The notes beneath the pieces are model-generated. The model had not been told where the DNA came from. It worked only from the letters and a program-made list of their open reading frames with translations, and did no database searches. From NCBI RefSeq assembly GCF_964355755.1, contig NC_092680.1, forward strand, positions 930,001-994,000: a stretch of 64,000 bases of DNA, written 5' to 3'. Positions 50,771 to 64,000 of the stretch are shown in pieces. This stretch comes from Antedon mediterranea. Taxonomy: Eukaryota > Animalia > Echinodermata. Position 1 is the stretch's first letter. Every line of letters begins with the position of its first letter. The position numbers were made by a program, and so were the translations under genes.

Positions 50771-52029
50771 TTTTAGTAGGAACCAAACTTCAGACTGTAC
50801 AAAATAAGACAACACATTGTATTGTATCACTGTGTATTATAAATATCGTATTGTTACACAAATTACAGTACTGCTTAAATTTACTAAGTATATTATATTG
50901 CGGTTCCCACAAACCCTGAATAGAATATGCAAAGAATCAATAATGGGAAAAAGTAAGGATGACGTCACATGATAGTTATGGAAGCCATGCTAAAATTGAG
51001 GATTCGGAAGATAATAACAAGAGAACTTACTGAACTACAAAATGTAGTTGAAGACTGAAAAAAAAAATGACGTCATAAAATAAAGGGAAGGAGGCCAACA
51101 TTGAGGACTGACATTGGCAAAAGTGGAGAAGGGCCACAAAAAGATGAAAACGTCATAAAGCATAGTGGAGCGGGGTTACAAGTTGTGGCTAATGTCAATT
51201 CACAGAACCACTAGCAAAAAGGGAATAACAGGGCTACAGATTGCGAGGGAAATGGTGGACCTATATAGTTATCTAAATATAGGCATGATTATTAGCATTC
51301 CATTTTAATTATAATACACACACCACCTCTATTAATTCTTAATATCGCCAATTTGAACACTAACGGATAAATTAAACTCGCTCAATAGTACATACAAATT
51401 ACCTGATTTATATACAGTATAGTTATACAACGTTCTTCACTTTCAACCTCATACTTTTGATAGTAAGTAAATAAACTATATTAAACAACCTCAGTTTCTG
51501 TTATAATTAGTCAAAATTGCAATAATCGTTTTTCTGATTTATAATATTTCTTTTACGCTTTAAAAATAAAAATATACACTTCTTCTATAATCTTAAGTTC
51601 AACTGTCCTAGGAGGGAGATTTATATAGGCCTATGTGCCAAATATCACGAATTTGCATCTTCCAACCAAACGATCAACTACTTCAAAAAGTTTTTTAAAA
51701 AAAGTTAAACATATTCACAATAATGTTCTTAAGTAGGATTGCTAAACAGGTCCTTAGGGAAGCAATTGATTCTGGACATTCAGACCGCCACAAAGTGGCA
51801 CAGTAACAATCTAAACATACATTACAGCAAATATCATTGCATGCATGTTTTTTTCTATAGTTTTTACCAAAATCTTCTTTGGATTTCATAACATTTAAAA
51901 AACTAAAATATATTAAAATTGTTGCTTTGTACAGATTAAAGCACAGAAAAATCATTTTACTATATTTGTTTTTAATCAGGTGAGTCATTTGCATGTTAAG
52001 CACCTTTTAAGGAATGTAATTTGCATAAA

Positions 52030-59770
<7,741 letters not shown>

Positions 59771-61424
59771 ACTGCTCTCATACACCTGACCTTAGCAAAT
59801 GACTCAAAGGCTATGCTTTAAATTCACTTGCCTCTATCGGCTTGCAGCACAGAGCATGGACTTTGCCATGCTCTGTTTACAGGCAAATAGATAAAGTTTT
59901 TCACACACAAATCCAGTATCTATGGAAGAACAAAGTTCAAATATCATATATCTATAAAGATAATAAATAACAAACTCACCTTAAAAAAAATGGACTTCAA
60001 TAATAATAGGCCTACTGTACTATGGTTAAGTGAAATTGTAAAATGTGAATTTATATTAAATCAAAAAAATAATTCTTCAAACTTGGTTTGATTGATGAGA
60101 AAATAATTGCAAATTTATTATCTTTTAATCATTTTCTCTCTATAATTTATAAATAATCTTGTACAGTTTCTAATAAATGAGTTTATAATAAATATTCAAA
60201 TAATAATTGATTGATACGAAAATTATAATTGTCCCTTATGACTAAAATCTAATATCATATCATTTTGTATTATGAATAACCTTGCATGCAGTATAGTCAT
60301 TTATGGTAATGTTATATTATTATAAAAAACACAGTTTCATTAATATTTATAAAATAATAACCAATATCATTATGAGTTTTGAAAATTACTAAATATTCAA
60401 ATTATAAATGGATTGAAATATTGTGTCATTATGATTATGTATTTGTAATATTACCATAATTATATTGTATCATAAATAGCCTAGCAACTGAGTGCACAAT
60501 AACAAGGTGTATAACACTTAGAATTCATAAAAATAAATCAAATTCAATCAAAATACAATTTGAAACAAATAGGATAAATTCTTTGAGTTGAGATGTGATT
60601 ATATTGTATTGCCGATGTTACTACGAATGTTACTACAACATGATTGGTGGAAATGGCATCACATGACTACAGATAAAATCATAGGGTATATCCCGATTAA
60701 TTTTCGTAAGAAGTCACGTTTGCAGACAAATAAAAATACTGTATTTACTGATCGTGCAACACAGAATTATTTGAAAATACCTCACTCGCATAAACATTTT
60801 GGAGTATCTATAAATGCTACAATATTTAACAGTTTTAATGAGAACAAATCAAAATCATAATACACCAAGTACAACACTTTACAGATTTAAATTGTCTACT
60901 TTTACTGGGAACTGTCTTTCTAACTTTAGTCTTACTGTACATGCCTTGAGGATGGCACTAAAAAGTCATTATCATCTGGATTTGAACCAGGGGTTTTGCT
61001 AAAATAAAGAAGGAGATGTAAAGATAGAGGAGACCATTTTCATACGTACAATTCCATACTTTAGTTTATACCTAGACAGTTTGTTCATTCTTGGTCTTTA
61101 AAAAAAAACCGGGACTTCAACCCAGATTTCTGGACTATGAAGTCTGCGTTGAACACAATAGAAAAATAATATTAAGTTAATAATATTAAAACGATTAAAT
61201 AAATAGGCCTATACTTGAATCAAAGCCAAAAATGTAGTGTTTTAAACACGAAAGAAAATTGTCTGCCTTTGATGCCACTAAAATTGTGATGTGCCCAAAT
61301 ATGGTAGTGATATGACATCATCATGCACATGGCATATCACATTTTTTGTCACATGTTTGATATTTTGATCAATTTCTGGACAATAAATTATCTTTAATCT
61401 CTAGGTAGCTATTAGTCTACGGGC

Positions 61425-61572
61425 TAATGTAGCTAACTAGACTAGCCTTTATGGCTAGGCCTACCTAGGCCTTTAGGGCTAGGCCTACCGGCCTACCTAG
61501 CTAGACTCAGTCTTATTAAATATTATCGGGTCTAGGCCTAGGCCTAGGCCTCTAGGCCTAGCATAGGCGTAG
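61425..61572. repeat. Low-complexity cluster of TAGGCCTA/CTAG palindromes
   Basis: CTAGGCCTACCTAGGCC...CTAGGCCTAGGCCTAGGCCTCTAGGCCTAG. Confidence 0.8.
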
Positions 61573-61609
61573 TACTGCGTAAACCACTTAATGTTATAGT
61601 AATACATAC

Positions 61610-61780
61610 CTTATTTCACCAACTCAATCCATTTCTTGCTTGCGGGCGAATACGATGCAAAATTGTAATAATAAGCCTAATTGTACATCAAAAGTAGAAA
61701 GATATGATATTGATAAACGGGGTATCGATCGCAGATGTAACTTTCCTCCAATCCGAAAACCAGCATCTTAGAAATAAATG
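61610..61780 (-). other. Candidate non-coding first exon / 5' end of SGK3
   Basis: Strong minus-strand donor AAG|GTATGT at 61610/61609 with a CpG-containing stretch upstream of it and a TAGGCCTA cluster just inside the putative intron. A second possible UTR donor AAG|GTGAGT is at 59980. The upstream boundary is a guess. Confidence 0.4.
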
Positions 61781-62999
61781 ATTGCCAGAATCAGTATTCG
61801 CCAGGAGAGCAAAAATAATAGACAAATTATTTGCTTTAAAAATAATTTTATCATAATAAAATAACAAATATATTCAAATATAGACAGAAATGAATATATT
61901 TTAGAATTACCTAATTATTCCATAATGTTTTTCTTTATTACTTTGATCATCTATAAAACATTATATTCAATATTGTGGTAGCTTAGGGACTCTGGACGAG
62001 ATCTTTGCTTTTTAAATCGGTATCAGTAGAGAGGGCGTTATACCATTTAAAGGATCAGAGCCATAATATAAGGATGCATCCATGAGATTTGGGAGAACAC
62101 AATCATGTACTAATTATTCTCTGTCAAATTAATATAATGCACGTATTAAGCAGATAACTGGCTATACCATGATTATTTGAACAAAAACGGTTAGCTTGGA
62201 ATAAATAATGTAACTATAATTAATAATGAAATCGTTTGTTTCAGGCTTTGTATTCGTCCATGCTTCAAAATTAAATGATTTAATGTCACAGGAGTCGATT
62301 CCCTTTTCTTAAATTAAATCATGGAGTTACTCCATGATTAAATACAGGACGGTGATACACTCGAATATTATAATATCAATTTAAATACCCTCGCACGAAT
62401 AGGCTGAGAGAATCTTTTTGCCGTAAAAATAACGCCATTTTATTCTGTGGGATTCTTCACCCGAATCCGTAGGCAGGCTTTAACTGAGAGGCACTGGTGG
62501 TCCACTAATTACGTAACGAAGAGATTAATAATTTAAACTAAACATAAAATTTACAACATCAAATACAGGTTGAAAAATAAATAAAATGTTCTATATTTGG
62601 TCTTATTTTGACCCCCTATTAACCCCATACAAAAACTATCGGAGACAAACTATCTGTTTAAAACATGTTTATTCTGGGACGGTGCGGCCATACACACCAA
62701 CTACCATAAACGATTATTCATAACATATTATAATACAATATCTTGCATGAATGATATTTCGCTAGCAATGTAGTAACATTGATTAATAAAATCAAAATTT
62801 AACAGTGTGGCGTGTTGATCGCGAAAGACTAACAATACCATCTTTCCCACTACATCTGTATAAACTCATTTGCATAACAACGCACGGCATACCAAACTGC
62901 TTCGTACTCCTGCCATGAAATATAATTCCATTCTATTACTAATTTCTTTTAAAATTGAGGGCGCCAAACATAAAATTTACGAGATCGAATGCAGGTTTA

Positions 63000-63273
63000 A
63001 AGAAAAAATAAATAAACAAAAAAGATGTTAAATGTGCTCTCCCTGCCTCAGCACTAAGGCCCTGCCACAGCCTTTTGGGGTCGTTTCCAGCACATCACCA
63101 GATGCATTGATGTTGTCGCCTCATGATGTGTGGTGGAAAGGGGGACGTATGATCTGTGAACTCCAAACACAGTGGCTCGCGTAGCCTTAACTCTATTCCA
63201 CCGACCAGCGTGAAAATCGAACCCACGACATACGTGTGTTAACACGACGCTCAGACGACTGAGCTAACTGATC
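63000..63273 (-). mobile_element. tRNA-derived SINE or tRNA pseudogene (tRNA-Ile-like head at 63273-63203)
   Basis: Minus strand reads GATCAGTTAGCTCAGTCGTCTGAGCGTCGTGTTAACACACGTATGTCGTGGGTTCGATTTTCACGCTGGTC: A box TAGCTCAGTCG, B box GGTTCGATT, acceptor stem GATCAGT/GCTGGTC still pairs. A ~170-nt GC-rich body and a T-rich end follow. Confidence 0.6.
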
Positions 63274-64000
63274 ATTTTGGTTTTAGCAAGGTTAATATGA
63301 CATTTATGACGTAATGATGAATTGCGTAATACACGTATAAATAGACTGGAGAGAGAGAGAGTTTAGTCATGTACGTCGTCGTGGCGTAACGGTTGATGCT
63401 CAGGTTTGAGTGCTCTCAGATTTAGATTGGGCCCGGTTCGGATATTTTTTTTTTTTTTTAATGGAAAATTAATATTGTTTTTCTTTTATTTTGACAGATA
63501 TTTAGAGGGTTGAAAATTTCAGGCCTAAACAAGTGAACCTTTTTTAAAATCAGAAATAAAGTGGTATGGCATTCATTTTCCATTAGACTGCCATAAATCC
63601 GCGGAAAGAAGCCCATGTACTCCTTCATTTTTTTAGTACTCCTGGGTGGGCTTCTTTTTCCACATGCATTTATTTTCGAGATTACTTTTGCAAACTAAAA
63701 GAGGCTGCCATGTTCCCGTCCGGGAAATTGTTTCTTTACATGATTTGAATATCTTCTAATGTAAAGATTAACAACATCAAAATTTAACAGTGTGGCGTGT
63801 TGATCGCGAACGACTAACAATAACATCTTCTACACTGCATTTGCATAACAACGCACACGGCATCCAAACTTTTCCAGAAAACAAGATATCGGCAAATGAG
63901 TGAGAAGCGAAATGTCTAAAAACATAATCACCATCGCGTGGTTCACGATTTGGTAATATATATATATATATAAATAGTATGTTAATTAAAATAAATCATT

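Noticed and set aside
63203-63273. Functional tRNA gene
   Set aside because: The D-loop GG, anticodon arm and T-stem 3' side are degenerate, so a SINE head or pseudogene fits better.
62790-63870. LTR/TRIM interpretation of the flanking direct repeats
   Set aside because: Similarity extends upstream of the TG dinucleotide, and I saw no clear PBS, PPT or TSD.

Overview
AT-rich eukaryotic genomic DNA with GT-AG spliceosomal introns. It is probably a marine invertebrate; an echinoderm-like deuterostome is my inference from gene content and the frequent TAGGCCTA motif, and is not proven. I assembled three multi-exon genes by hand with fully phase-consistent splice sites. (1) A ~3169-aa Bark beetle/Anakonda-like type I membrane protein on + (28462-42921, 14 coding exons) has three SRCR/beta-helix/CUB-like repeats followed by C-type lectin, EGF, degenerate cadherin repeats, EGF, SEA, TM and a short motif-rich tail. 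(2) A 364-aa secreted-type EndoU/PP11 endoribonuclease with two somatomedin-B domains lies on + (45631-49968, 7 exons). (3) A 490-aa PX-domain SGK3-type kinase lies on - (59770-52030, 11 coding exons). The first ~28 kb has no convincing coding sequence. It holds many minisatellites, CpG-rich patches and non-autonomous transposons. Mobile elements across the window include Harbinger-like MITEs (several nested in each other's TIRs), Kolobok-like and hAT-like elements, LINE 3' remnants and SINEs. There are no CRISPR or prokaryotic features. The best leads are the unusual Bark-cadherin-SEA receptor architecture and its tail motifs, repeated MITE insertion at one TIR position, a candidate poison exon in SGK3, and a pair of divergent Pol III-type heads between octamer-bearing direct repeats. 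No database searches were run, so novelty is untested.
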